Shown: in pieces, positions 8,803 to 17,514 of the stretch
Layout of the letters: every line of letters begins with the position of its first letter
Position numbering within the stretch: position 1 is the first letter of the stretch
NCBI GenBank assembly: GCA_021785125.1
Contig: JAJYGF010000008.1
Coordinates: forward strand, 1 to 47,813
Direction of reading: 5' to 3'
Source of the DNA: a bacterium
GTDB lineage: Bacteria; Patescibacteriota; Minisyncoccia; Moranbacterales; UBA2206
DNA length: 47,813 bases
Position numbers and translations under genes: made by a program
Notes under the pieces: model-generated
Seen by the model: the letters and a program-made list of their open reading frames with translations, nothing else
What the model was told of the DNA's origin: nothing
Database searches by the model: none

Positions 8803-8870
8803 GTTGGAACAAAATATGCTCCATTTGTGTATACGCAAGACAACAGAAAAAGTTACAAGCGCCTTTGCGG

Positions 8871-8899
8871 TTGACTGTCGGTATGTTTTTTTATAATAT
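8871..8899 (+). promoter_or_regulatory. Putative sigma70-type promoter of thrS
   Basis: TTGACT (8871-8876), 17-nt spacer, TAATAT (8894-8899). The ATG at 8907 follows immediately and has no SD. Confidence 0.45.
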
Positions 8900-8906
8900 T
8901 AACGGT

Positions 8907-10664
8907 ATGGACAAGCAGGAAAAATTGGATTTGCTCCGTCACTCCGCCGCCCATGTTTTGGCCGCGGCGGTTTTGGAAATGTTTCCGGAAGCCAAATTCG
9001 GCACTGGACCGGCCATTGAGAACGGGTTCTATTATGATTTCGACCTGCCGCGGACTCTGATTCCGGAGGATCTGGAAATTCTGGAAGGCAAGATGCGTGA
9101 AATCATCAAAGCCAACCACCCGTTTGATCGCGCCGACCTTTCCGTCAAGGAAGCAGAAGAAAAATTCAAAGAACTCGGACAAGACTACAAGATTGAATTG
9201 ATCAAAGATTTGGAAAAAGAAGGACATAAAACAGTTTCAATCTACAAATCCGGACAATTCGTAGATCTTTGTTCCGGCCCGCATATCGATTCGACCGGCG
9301 AGATCAAGCCGGATGCGATCAAACTGACCAAGATTTCCGGCGCCTATTGGAAGGCCAGCGAAAACAACAAACAGATGCAAAGGATTTATGGTGTGACCTT
9401 TGAATCGAAAAAAGATCTGGAAGAATATCTTCACATGATGGAAGAAGCGGAAAAAAGAGACCATAAAAAAATTGGGCGAGAGATGGGTTTGTTTATTTTT
9501 TCCGACCTGGTCGGACCGGGCTTGCCGCTTTACACTCCAAAGGGCGCGATTGTTCGTCGCGAAATCCAAAATTATTCCAATGAACTTAGGCAATCGATCG
9601 GATACCAGGAAGTGCACACGCCCCAAATCAACAAAGCCGCGCTTTTCAAAAAATCCGGACATTACGACAAATACAAGGACGATATGTTCAAAGTGACTTC
9701 GAATTATACCGAGGAAGAATATTATTTGAAACCGATGAATTGTCCGCAACACACCCAGATCTTCGCCTCCGAAATGCGGAGCTACAAGGATCTGCCGGTA
9801 CGGATCGCTGACTTTGCCAATCTTTATCGCGATGAAAAGCCGGGACAGCTCTCGGGACTGGCACGCCTCCGTGCTTTCTCGCAGGACGACGGACATTGTT
9901 TCTGTTCAGAAGACCAGATCGAAAATGAGTTTAATGCCATTTTGGGATTGATTGAAAAATCCATGCAGACTTATGGCATGGAGTATCATATCCGCTTGTC
10001 TTTGCGCGATGAAAAGCAAAAAGAAAAATACCTCGGTTCGGATGAAGTTTGGGAAAAATCTCAAGCAACTTTAGAAAAGCTTCTTAAAGATAAAAAGTTG
10101 AAATATGTCCGCGCGGAGGGCGAAGCCGCTTTCTATGGACCAAAGATGGATCTGGTCGCCAAAGATTCCATCGGCCGCGAATGGCAGCTTTCGACCATCC
10201 AGCTCGATCTAAACATGCCGGAAAGGTTCGGATTGGAATATGTAGGCGCCGACGGCCAGAAACATACGCCGATCATGATTCACAGCGCCATCGTCGGCTC
10301 ACCGGAAAGATTCATGGGAGTTTTGATCGAACATTATTCCGGCGCATTTCCAACCTGGCTCTCTCCTATTCAAGTCGTAATCATTCCAGTTTCAACAGAA
10401 AAATTCGGTGATTATGCCAAATCCGTAGAGACGCGATTTATTGCGTCTGGAATCCGCGTGAAAGTTGATGATTCTTCAGAAACTCTCGGCAAGCGTATCA
10501 ACGAGGCACAGAAGAACAAAATTCCATACATGTTGGTCGTCGGACAAAAAGAAATAGACGCCGAAAGCGTGGCTGTTCGAAGCCGAGATAAAGGTGATGA
10601 AGGAACGATGAAAACGGATGAATTTTTGGAAAGGATCAAAAAAGAAATAACCGATAAAAAATAA
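8907..10664 (+). CDS. thrS: Threonyl-tRNA synthetase (short form without the N-terminal TGS domain)
   Basis: Starts at LRHSAAHVLA (editing-domain HxxxH). Class II motifs and a C-terminal anticodon-binding domain are present. The start is chosen at MDKQEK. Confidence 0.93.
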   Translation: MDKQEKLDLLRHSAAHVLAAAVLEMFPEAKFGTGPAIENGFYYDFDLPRTLIPEDLEILEGKMREIIKANHPFDRADLSVKEAEEKFKELGQDYKIELIKDLEKEGHKTVSIYKSGQFVDLCSGPHIDSTGEIKPDAIKLTKISGAYWKASENNKQMQRIYGVTFESKKDLEEYLHMMEEAEKRDHKKIGREMGLFIFSDLVGPGLPLYTPKGAIVRREIQNYSNELRQSIGYQEVHTPQINKAALFKKSGHYDKYKDDMFKVTSNYTEEEYYLKPMNCPQHTQIFASEMRSYKDLPVRIADFANLYRDEKPGQLSGLARLRAFSQDDGHCFCSEDQIENEFNAILGLIEKSMQTYGMEYHIRLSLRDEKQKEKYLGSDEVWEKSQATLEKLLKDKKLKYVRAEGEAAFYGPKMDLVAKDSIGREWQLSTIQLDLNMPERFGLEYVGADGQKHTPIMIHSAIVGSPERFMGVLIEHYSGAFPTWLSPIQVVIIPVSTEKFGDYAKSVETRFIASGIRVKVDDSSETLGKRINEAQKNKIPYMLVVGQKEIDAESVAVRSRDKGDEGTMKTDEFLERIKKEITDKK

Positions 10665-10672
10665 GGAGTTGC

Positions 10673-10975
10673 CTAAAGCAGCTCCTTAGCAAAATTTTTT
10701 ATTTCATGATTCAATTCGTCCATGGATTGAAGCAGATTTTGGCGCTTTTCAATCAGATTGCTGAAAATTTTTATTATTTCAGCTGAAGAAAAGACTTGGA
10801 TTTCGTCAATATCCGAAATGGCGATCTCTTGCAGAGCGTCCGTAACCAGAGAAACCATAATCTTATCCTCAAATACTTTCTGACATACGGCAAAAAAAAT
10901 ATTTTCATTTTTTAAAGTTACCTTAAGAACGGCTTTTTCTCCGACTCTCGATAATGCCTCTTTTACATCTTCCAT
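10673..10975 (-). CDS. Hypothetical protein (100 aa)
   Basis: Intact ORF with GGAGGT 7 nt upstream of the ATG. No family recognised. Confidence 0.55.
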   Translation of the reverse strand: MEDVKEALSRVGEKAVLKVTLKNENIFFAVCQKVFEDKIMVSLVTDALQEIAISDIDEIQVFSSAEIIKIFSNLIEKRQNLLQSMDELNHEIKNFAKELL

Positions 10976-11111
10976 TTTTTACCTCCATAATTAAGAACTA
11001 TTAATATTACAATCCACTCCCGTAATCCAGTTTACGAAAGATTGGATGAAAGACTTGATTTCGCCGTTATTTTGGGGTATCCTGATGGATACCGACCTTG
11101 TAAGAACTCTT

Positions 11112-12443
11112 ATGAAATATTACATCAAAACTTTCGGATGTCAAATGAATCACAGCGATTCGGAACGGATTGCCGGGTTTTTGGAAAAGAATAAATACAA
11201 ACCATCTTCAGACATAAATGGGGCTGACTTGGTCATTTTCAACACCTGTGGCGTGCGCCAGATGGCCGAAGACAGAGTTTATGGCTACATCCACAATATT
11301 AAGAAACAAGAAACAAGAAACAAGAAACAAACGAAGATTATTCTGACCGGATGTTTATCCAATAGGCCAGATGTTCAGAAAAGACTTAAGAATAAAGTTG
11401 ATTTATTTTTTCCGATAAATAATTTTGAAACATTTGAAAATTTTGTCATTAAAAATTCATTTAAAATTAAAAATTTAAAATTAAAAATTTCGGCACAAAA
11501 AAATATTTCCAATAAAGAAAGTATCACCTATCTTTCCAACGGTCCAAAATATACCAACAACTTCCAAGCTTTCGTGCCGATCATGACCGGCTGTAATAAT
11601 TTCTGCGCCTACTGCGTCGTCCCCTATGCCCGCGGAAGAGAAGTTTCCCGGCCAGCAGAAGAAATAATCTCCGAAGTGAAAGATTTGGTCCAAAAAGGGT
11701 ATAAGCAAATAACCTTGCTCGGACAGAATGTAAACTCCTACAATGACGGCAAAATAAATTTTTCAAGGCTGCTGAAAAAAGTGGATGCCATTCCCGGAAA
11801 ATTTTGGATCCAATTCGTTTCGAACCACCCCAAAGACGTCACGCCGGAAATGATCGAGACGGTCGCCCAATGCAAGAAAGTCTGCGAAAATTTCCACCTG
11901 CCGATCCAGGCCGGTGACGATAACATCATTCGCCGCATGAACCGCAAATATACTGCCAGAGAATACATGCGGATCATCAGCAAAATCCGATCTGCTTTCA
12001 GAAAATATAAGCCAGGCGTTTTGTATTCCATCACTTCCGACATCATCGTCGGCTTTCCGGGTGAAACCAGAAAACAGTTTTTGAAATCTGCTGAAATTAT
12101 GGAAAAAGCCAAGTATGACATGGTTTTCTTCGGACAATACTCCCCGCGCCCCGGCACCGCCGCTTGGAACATGAAAGACAATGTTTCCAAAGCCGAGAAA
12201 GAAAGGCGTGAAAAATTCTTGAATGAGATTCTGAAAAAAACGGCATATACCAATAATAAAAAATATTTAAATACAATTCAAGAAATATTGATAGAAAAAG
12301 AAAAGGGCGAATTTTATTTCGGCAAGACCCGCACTCAGAAAAATATAAAAATACCTGCCACTAATAAAGATTTGATTGGAAAATTTGTGAAAGCAAAAAT
12401 TACAAAGGCTAATGCCTGGAATTTGGAAGGAGGGATAAAATAA
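11112..12443 (+). CDS. miaB: tRNA-i6A37 methylthiotransferase MiaB, with repeat-derived insertions
   Basis: YIKTFGCQMNHSDSE (UPF0004), the radical-SAM site MTGCNNFCAYCVVPYARGRE, and a TRAM tail. The start is set at MKYYIK. Confidence 0.92.
   Translation: MKYYIKTFGCQMNHSDSERIAGFLEKNKYKPSSDINGADLVIFNTCGVRQMAEDRVYGYIHNIKKQETRNKKQTKIILTGCLSNRPDVQKRLKNKVDLFFPINNFETFENFVIKNSFKIKNLKLKISAQKNISNKESITYLSNGPKYTNNFQAFVPIMTGCNNFCAYCVVPYARGREVSRPAEEIISEVKDLVQKGYKQITLLGQNVNSYNDGKINFSRLLKKVDAIPGKFWIQFVSNHPKDVTPEMIETVAQCKKVCENFHLPIQAGDDNIIRRMNRKYTAREYMRIISKIRSAFRKYKPGVLYSITSDIIVGFPGETRKQFLKSAEIMEKAKYDMVFFGQYSPRPGTAAWNMKDNVSKAEKERREKFLNEILKKTAYTNNKKYLNTIQEILIEKEKGEFYFGKTRTQKNIKIPATNKDLIGKFVKAKITKANAWNLEGGIK
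11301..11328 (+). repeat. (AAGAAAC)x4 perfect heptanucleotide tandem repeat inside miaB
   Basis: aagaaac repeated four times, read as KKQETRNKKQ. Confidence 0.9.
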
Positions 12444-12467
12444 AAGGGAGTTTTCACTCCCTTTTTC
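12444..12467. terminator. Bidirectional terminator between convergent genes
   Basis: aagggag-ttttca-ctccctt followed by ttt. It overlaps the last codons of the minus-strand ORF. Confidence 0.7.
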
Positions 12468-12789
12468 TAAATTTAACAATCTTATTGTCAGACGGTCCGA
12501 TTACCTCCTCCTTTCTGACAGGCTGTATAAATTCTTTCGAATAGATATATATCTTGGCAATGCTTCCATCGCAATCCAGGCATTTATACAGGATACCAGC
12601 AAGAATGCTTTTTTGCGATTCATATTCTTCCCACTCTATGTGTTCCATACCATAATCATCCTGAATTACTCTGACAGCTTCGCGCAAGACCTCCCCTATT
12701 TTTTCTTGCATCTTGAACTTAGACTTACGAAAAAAACATCGCTGACACTCTCTGCATAACAAGCCTGACTGCTCGATGGCAAGCAACAT
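12454..12789 (-). CDS. Hypothetical protein (111 aa) with CxxCxxC and CxxC motifs
   Basis: Intact ORF with AAGGAGGTG upstream. No family recognised. Confidence 0.55.
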   Translation of the reverse strand: MLLAIEQSGLLCRECQRCFFRKSKFKMQEKIGEVLREAVRVIQDDYGMEHIEWEEYESQKSILAGILYKCLDCDGSIAKIYIYSKEFIQPVRKEEVIGPSDNKIVKFRKRE

Positions 12790-12860
12790 ATAATCACCTC
12801 CTTAGATTTCAGAAAGAACTTGTAATTACTGCCTTTCAAGAGTAATATTAAACAACAAAT

Positions 12861-13766
12861 ATGTCAAAAAAGCCCAAAATTATCGTCGTCCTCGGTCCTA
12901 CCTCCTCCGGCAAATCGGAGGCGGCAATCCGTTTGGCCAGAAAATTCTACGGAGAGATCGTTTCGGCCGATTCCCGGCAGATTTACCGTGGCATGGATAT
13001 TGGCAGCGGCAAAGTGACCAAAAAAGAGCAGCAGATGGCCAAGCATTGGATGCTGGATATTATCAGCCCAAAAACCAATTTCAGCGCCGGACAATACAAG
13101 AAAAAGGCCATGCGCATTGTTGACGACATCCTGAAAAGAGGAAAACTGCCGATCATCTGCGGCGGCACCGGCTTCTGGATCAAGGCCGTCGTGGACAATG
13201 TTGATTTTCCGGAAGTAAAACCAAACTGGAAATTACGGAAAAATTTGTCCCTAAAATCCGCTGAAGAATTATTCAAAGAATTAAAAAAATTAGATCCGGG
13301 AAGAGCTGCGAATATCGACGCCAAAAACAAGGTGCGGCTGGTCCGCGCCATTGAGATTGTCAAAGCCTTGGGCAAAGTGCCTCCGCTTAGTCCACAGTCG
13401 ACGGCTGACAGTTCGCGGTATGAAGCGCTGCAGATCGGGATCGAAATGCCGAAAGAGATCCTGCACGGCCGGATCAAAAAAAGGCTGGAAAAAAGATTTG
13501 CCGCCGGAATGATCGATGAGGTAGCAAGTTTGCACGCGCAAGGAGTGGGCTGGAAAAGACTGGAAAGTTTCGGACTGGAATACAGATGGATCTCTCTATA
13601 TTTGCAAGAAAAAGTTTCTGAAACGGAAATGAAGGAAAAACTTTTCCGGGAAAGCAAAGACTATGCCAAGCGCCAGATGACATGGTTCAGAAAAGACAAG
13701 AGGATAATCTGGCTGGAAAAATATTCGGATATAGAAAAACAAGCTGAAAAATTTATAAATAAATAG
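12861..13766 (+). CDS. miaA: tRNA dimethylallyltransferase
   Basis: VVLGPTSSGKSEAAIRLA...ISADSRQIYRGMDIGSGK. Confidence 0.93.
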   Translation: MSKKPKIIVVLGPTSSGKSEAAIRLARKFYGEIVSADSRQIYRGMDIGSGKVTKKEQQMAKHWMLDIISPKTNFSAGQYKKKAMRIVDDILKRGKLPIICGGTGFWIKAVVDNVDFPEVKPNWKLRKNLSLKSAEELFKELKKLDPGRAANIDAKNKVRLVRAIEIVKALGKVPPLSPQSTADSSRYEALQIGIEMPKEILHGRIKKRLEKRFAAGMIDEVASLHAQGVGWKRLESFGLEYRWISLYLQEKVSETEMKEKLFRESKDYAKRQMTWFRKDKRIIWLEKYSDIEKQAEKFINK

Positions 13767-13793
13767 TCCCGGACAAAATTACCGGGACTTTTT
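13766..13793. terminator. Bidirectional terminator
   Basis: gtcccgg-acaaaatta-ccgggac followed by ttttt. It serves miaA (+) and the convergent small ORF (-). Confidence 0.8.
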
Positions 13794-13794
13794 C

Positions 13795-13947
13795 TTATTT
13801 ATGCTCGCAGGCAGCACTAGAACATTCTGTTCTGTTAGTGATGGGATGATCACATCCATCACAGGAAGCAGCATAGCATAATCCGCATTCTTTTTTGCAT
13901 ATACAATGTTGCCGTGCTTCTATTGACAAGACTTGTAGTTTCGGCAC
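13795..13947 (-). CDS. Unannotated 50-codon Cys-rich ORF
   Basis: Manual translation gives (GTG)PKLQVLSIEARQHCICKKECGLCYAASCDGCDHPITNRTECSSAACEHK, with 8 Cys. AAAGGAGG lies 5 nt upstream of the GTG. It is below the 60-aa cutoff of the ORF track. Confidence 0.5.
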   Translation of the reverse strand: MPKLQVLSIEARQHCICKKECGLCYAASCDGCDHPITNRTECSSAACEHK

Positions 13948-14005
13948 ACATGCCTCCTTTCTCTCTTCTGGCAGTGAATTTTTAACGTTCGATTTTTCCT
14001 ACTTT

Positions 14006-14446
14006 TTATTTCTTTCCAAATATCCAAAAATTCTGTGTTTCTTCGATGATGGCCAACAACATATGCCTCGCTTCGTCAGTTTCGACCTCTCTTATCAATT
14101 TACGCATTCTTTCGATCAATTCTCCATTAAAATGATCCTTCAGAGCTTCGACATATTTTTCCGGATCCACTTTGGTGGCCGTTTCGATCCTGTTCTTCCA
14201 TTTTTCCAATTCACCAGCAAAAACTTGCGGCAGAAAATCGGTTTTGAGCAACTTCAATTCTCTGTCATAATCTCCGATTGATTTTCCGGCTTCCAGGCGC
14301 GATTTGATTTTTTCGACTATAGCATCGACTGACTTAGCGATATCACCTTTCAGACTGAAAAACATCGCTTTGATTTCCGCTTCACTTGTCGCATCCTTTC
14401 CATTTTTTTGAGGCATTTCACCATCAAAAATTTTAAATTCTCCCAT
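14006..14446 (-). CDS. Hypothetical protein (146 aa)
   Basis: Intact ORF, co-directional and tightly spaced downstream of gatB. No family recognised. Confidence 0.6.
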   Translation of the reverse strand: MGEFKIFDGEMPQKNGKDATSEAEIKAMFFSLKGDIAKSVDAIVEKIKSRLEAGKSIGDYDRELKLLKTDFLPQVFAGELEKWKNRIETATKVDPEKYVEALKDHFNGELIERMRKLIREVETDEARHMLLAIIEETQNFWIFGKK

Positions 14447-14458
14447 GCAATTTTAGCG

Positions 14459-15010
14459 CTAAATTTTTGACATTTCAACCCCTAAGAACACTTCTTTTAA
14501 TATTTCTTTAAGACTCTCGGCCCTTGTATACGAAAGTCCGTTCCCAATCCTGGCATCGATAGACTTCACGGCATCTTCAACAAAAGCATTGTGACAGCGG
14601 TTCCATTGCATCATTCCTCCGGGAAGGTTGTCGTCCATATTGCCTCTCAGGCGGTTCATCTGTATGTTGAAAGCTTTGTCATCTATCGCATCGATATGCT
14701 TAACAATGTCTTCTTGGAAAAAATATGCGGCCAGCTTGACTCTCTTATCTTCAAGTGCGGTCAACGCCTCTTTCTCCACTCTTTTTGTCGGCATTTCTGC
14801 CGAATGAGCTTTATCGATCCATTCTTTGTCATCATCCGGCATGAATTTCTCAAGATCAATATCGCCATGATGGGGTTCTTCCAAACCTAAATGTTTCTCC
14901 ATCAGATATTGAGTTGCTTCGTGTGCAGTTGCAGGTGCGCTTCTTTTCTGATTTTCGGTAATTCTCCTGCCTTCCGCTGATTTTTCAAACCTTTCAAAAA
15001 TATTAAGCAT
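14459..15010 (-). CDS. Hypothetical protein (183 aa)
   Basis: Intact ORF starting 5 nt after the gatB stop. No family recognised. Confidence 0.6.
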   Translation of the reverse strand: MLNIFERFEKSAEGRRITENQKRSAPATAHEATQYLMEKHLGLEEPHHGDIDLEKFMPDDDKEWIDKAHSAEMPTKRVEKEALTALEDKRVKLAAYFFQEDIVKHIDAIDDKAFNIQMNRLRGNMDDNLPGGMMQWNRCHNAFVEDAVKSIDARIGNGLSYTRAESLKEILKEVFLGVEMSKI

Positions 15011-15015
15011 GGCTT

Positions 15016-16482
15016 TTATTTTATTTTTTGTTTCAAAATATCTATGACCACTTTCGGATTGGCCTTGCCCTTCGTCTCTTTCATGACTTGTCCCATCAGG
15101 AACTGCAAAGCGTTTTCTTTGCCTGCTTTATAGTCCTCGACGGATTTTTGATTTTTTGCCAAGACATCATCCGTTATTTTTTCAAGCTCCCCGACGTCAT
15201 TGACCTGCTCCAGATTCTTTTCCCTGATCACTTGGTGCGGCTCGGCTCCGGTCGCATACATTTCTTCCAAAACAACCTGGGCCGCACTTGAGTTTATTTT
15301 ACCATCTGCCAAAAATCCGACAAGTTCGGCGTAATTTTCCGGCGTAATTTTCACATCCCTGATAGTTTCATAATTTTTGACGAGATGCTTCTGCAGTTCA
15401 CTGACGATATAATTGGCCGCCAATTTGACCATCCTGTCTTCCGAAGCTTTGATTTCTTCGCTTTGGATTTTCTCCCTCGCCTCGGAAACAACATCTTCAA
15501 AATATTCGGCCAGATTTTTGTCGCCCGTGATGACTTCCGCATTTTCCTTGCTCAACTTATATTCCTCGATGAATCTTCTGTATTTCGCATCCGGAAGCTC
15601 CGGCAATTGCCTTTTCAGATCTTCGACATATTCATCGGAAAATCGCATCGGCGGAATGTCCGGCTCCGGAAAATATCGATAATCATGCGCGCTTTCTTTT
15701 TTTCTCTGCGCCACTGTCTCGCCGCGATTTTCATCCCAGCCGCGCGTTTCCTGGATGACCCTATCGCTTTTTTCCAAAATTTCCGTCTGGCGTTTGATCT
15801 CGAAATCCACCGCTTTTTCCACAACTTTAAATGAATTCAGATTTTTGATCTCCGCCTTGGTCCCGCTCAGCTTGTCTTCACCTTCCTTGTGCAAAGATAT
15901 GTTTACCTCGCATCGCATATGCCCCTTTTCCATATCCGCATCTGAAATTTCCAAATATCGGAAGATCTGCTGAAGTTTTTGACAGAATAACCTCGCCTCT
16001 TTGCCAGTCTCGATATCCGGTTCGGTCACCAGCTCCATGAGCGGCACACCGGCCCGGTTGAAATCGACCAACGAATAATCAGCGCCTTTCGGATGCACCA
16101 ATTTTCCCGTATCCTCTTCCATATGGATGCGAGTTATGCCGATCTCTCGCCCTTCAATGTCGATATGGCCATGCTCGCAGAGCGGCTGGTCGTATTGCGA
16201 GATCTGATAGCCTTTCGGAATGTCGGGATAGAAATAGTTCTTGCGGTCGAACTTTGAAATCCTGGCCAAATCGCAATTCAAAGCCAAGCCGGCCTTCTGG
16301 ACGAATTCGATCGCCTGCTGGTTGGCCACCGGCAAAGTTCCAGGCTGGCCGGTGCAGACCGGACAGATGTTCACGTTCGGTTCTGTTTCCAACCCTTGTC
16401 CATTCTTGCTGTCGCAGAACATCTTGGATTCAGTTTTCAGCTCGACATGGATTTCCATGCCGATGACCGGGATATATTTCAT
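15016..16482 (-). CDS. gatB: Asp/Glu-tRNA amidotransferase subunit B
   Basis: VIGMEIHVELKT..KMFC, and a C-terminal YqeY/GatB domain (GQVMKETKGKANP). Confidence 0.96.
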   Translation of the reverse strand: MKYIPVIGMEIHVELKTESKMFCDSKNGQGLETEPNVNICPVCTGQPGTLPVANQQAIEFVQKAGLALNCDLARISKFDRKNYFYPDIPKGYQISQYDQPLCEHGHIDIEGREIGITRIHMEEDTGKLVHPKGADYSLVDFNRAGVPLMELVTEPDIETGKEARLFCQKLQQIFRYLEISDADMEKGHMRCEVNISLHKEGEDKLSGTKAEIKNLNSFKVVEKAVDFEIKRQTEILEKSDRVIQETRGWDENRGETVAQRKKESAHDYRYFPEPDIPPMRFSDEYVEDLKRQLPELPDAKYRRFIEEYKLSKENAEVITGDKNLAEYFEDVVSEAREKIQSEEIKASEDRMVKLAANYIVSELQKHLVKNYETIRDVKITPENYAELVGFLADGKINSSAAQVVLEEMYATGAEPHQVIREKNLEQVNDVGELEKITDDVLAKNQKSVEDYKAGKENALQFLMGQVMKETKGKANPKVVIDILKQKIK

Positions 16483-16513
16483 TAATTTAAAATTCTAAAT
16501 TTAAAATTTAAAA
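16483..16513. repeat. Short AT-rich heptamer-type spacer (E5)
   Basis: attaatttaaaattctaaatttaaaatttaaaatt fills the whole mazG-gatB spacer. Confidence 0.6.
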
Positions 16514-16843
16514 TTATCTATTGTCTCCATTACCATTTATAACTCCCCTATCTAAACGGCTATATAATTTCTCAATGTTGCTTGATGCAATATCATCCAG
16601 GGATAATTCTAATTCCGTCGCCAATTGCGAAACATACCAAAGCACGTCTCCCAATTCTTTTTTGATGGATTCCTTGGTTTCTTGATCAATTATACCACCC
16701 TTATCCCGAATGACTTTTTTTATTTTTTCCGATACCTCGCCAGTCTCCCCCGATAATCCGATAACCGGATAAATAAAGTTTTTCCCGACATTCGGATACA
16801 ATGCGGTCTTGCGGGATTTTTCCTGATATTCTTTAAGTTCCAT
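16514..16843 (-). CDS. MazG-like nucleoside triphosphate pyrophosphohydrolase (small all-alpha NTP-PPase)
   Basis: GLSGETGEVSEKIKK...ELGDVLWYVSQLA (EExxE/D-type metal motifs). Confidence 0.85.
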   Translation of the reverse strand: MELKEYQEKSRKTALYPNVGKNFIYPVIGLSGETGEVSEKIKKVIRDKGGIIDQETKESIKKELGDVLWYVSQLATELELSLDDIASSNIEKLYSRLDRGVINGNGDNR

Positions 16844-16846
16844 AAA

Positions 16847-17446
16847 TTATTTAATGATTTTTTCAATTTTATTTAAAATTTCTTTATGCAGATCCTCTAT
16901 GGATAAATTTGCATTTACTTTTTGCCATTTATATTTTTTTCCTAGAGCAAGATGGGTCTTTCTGACCTTATCCATCAAGCCTTTATCCGTCTCATGCTTA
17001 TGATTTTTTTCCACTGAATTTATAAATCTTTCTCCATCAAACAAGATAGCCATATCCTCCTTATGTAAAAATGGATAAAAAGACTCTAGAAGTTTTTTAT
17101 CAACACCCGTACCAACCCCCCAGGCAATAGTGGTTCCAAAATAATCTTCAGCTATTACATTTATTCCTTTTGATAATTTATCTTTCAGGGTATTTTCGAA
17201 GTTTAACTTATTTATAAAATGGAGCAGCTGGAATTCACGTGTCGAAAAGTTATGCGGATTGCCTTTTCTAAGATAATCGTTTATGAGATTTCCAACCGGC
17301 GCAAGATCGTAAATCGGATATTTCACATATTCAGCCTTACGACCCTTTTTCTTTAGAGCCTTTACTAGAAGCTTAGCTTGAGTTGTTTTCCCAAGATTAT
17401 TTATTCCATAAAAGACGATAAATTTTCCACGCTTGATTTTGCCCAT
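16847..17446 (-). CDS. tmk: Thymidylate kinase-like P-loop kinase
   Basis: KFIVFYGINNLGKTTQAKLL P-loop, with DYFGTTIAW corresponding to the DRY region. The start is set at MGKIKRGK (cat 17444-17446) because the track extension runs through a terminator and into the upstream gene. Confidence 0.72.
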   Translation of the reverse strand: MGKIKRGKFIVFYGINNLGKTTQAKLLVKALKKKGRKAEYVKYPIYDLAPVGNLINDYLRKGNPHNFSTREFQLLHFINKLNFENTLKDKLSKGINVIAEDYFGTTIAWGVGTGVDKKLLESFYPFLHKEDMAILFDGERFINSVEKNHKHETDKGLMDKVRKTHLALGKKYKWQKVNANLSIEDLHKEILNKIEKIIK

Positions 17447-17465
17447 GTGATGCCATTTTATCACA

Positions 17466-17509
17466 TAAAAAAGCAATTTAAAAGGCCGCCCCTGTTGGGG
17501 GGACGGCCT
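17466..17509 (-). terminator. Rho-independent terminator after the ThyX-like gene
   Basis: On the minus strand: aggccgtcccccc-aaca-ggggcggcct followed by tttaaattgctttttt. Confidence 0.7.
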
Positions 17510-17514
17510 GTGAG

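Noticed and set aside
8743-8906. A T-box or other riboswitch leader for thrS
   Set aside because: The spacer is only about 160 nt and is shared with a divergent gene. There is no specifier-loop or T-box sequence, and the best promoter is adjacent to the ATG.
13895-14281. A 128-aa plus-strand ORF
   Set aside because: It overlaps the RBS-supported minus-strand small ORF and the 146-aa gene. The sequence is Phe/Ser-rich and shadow-like.
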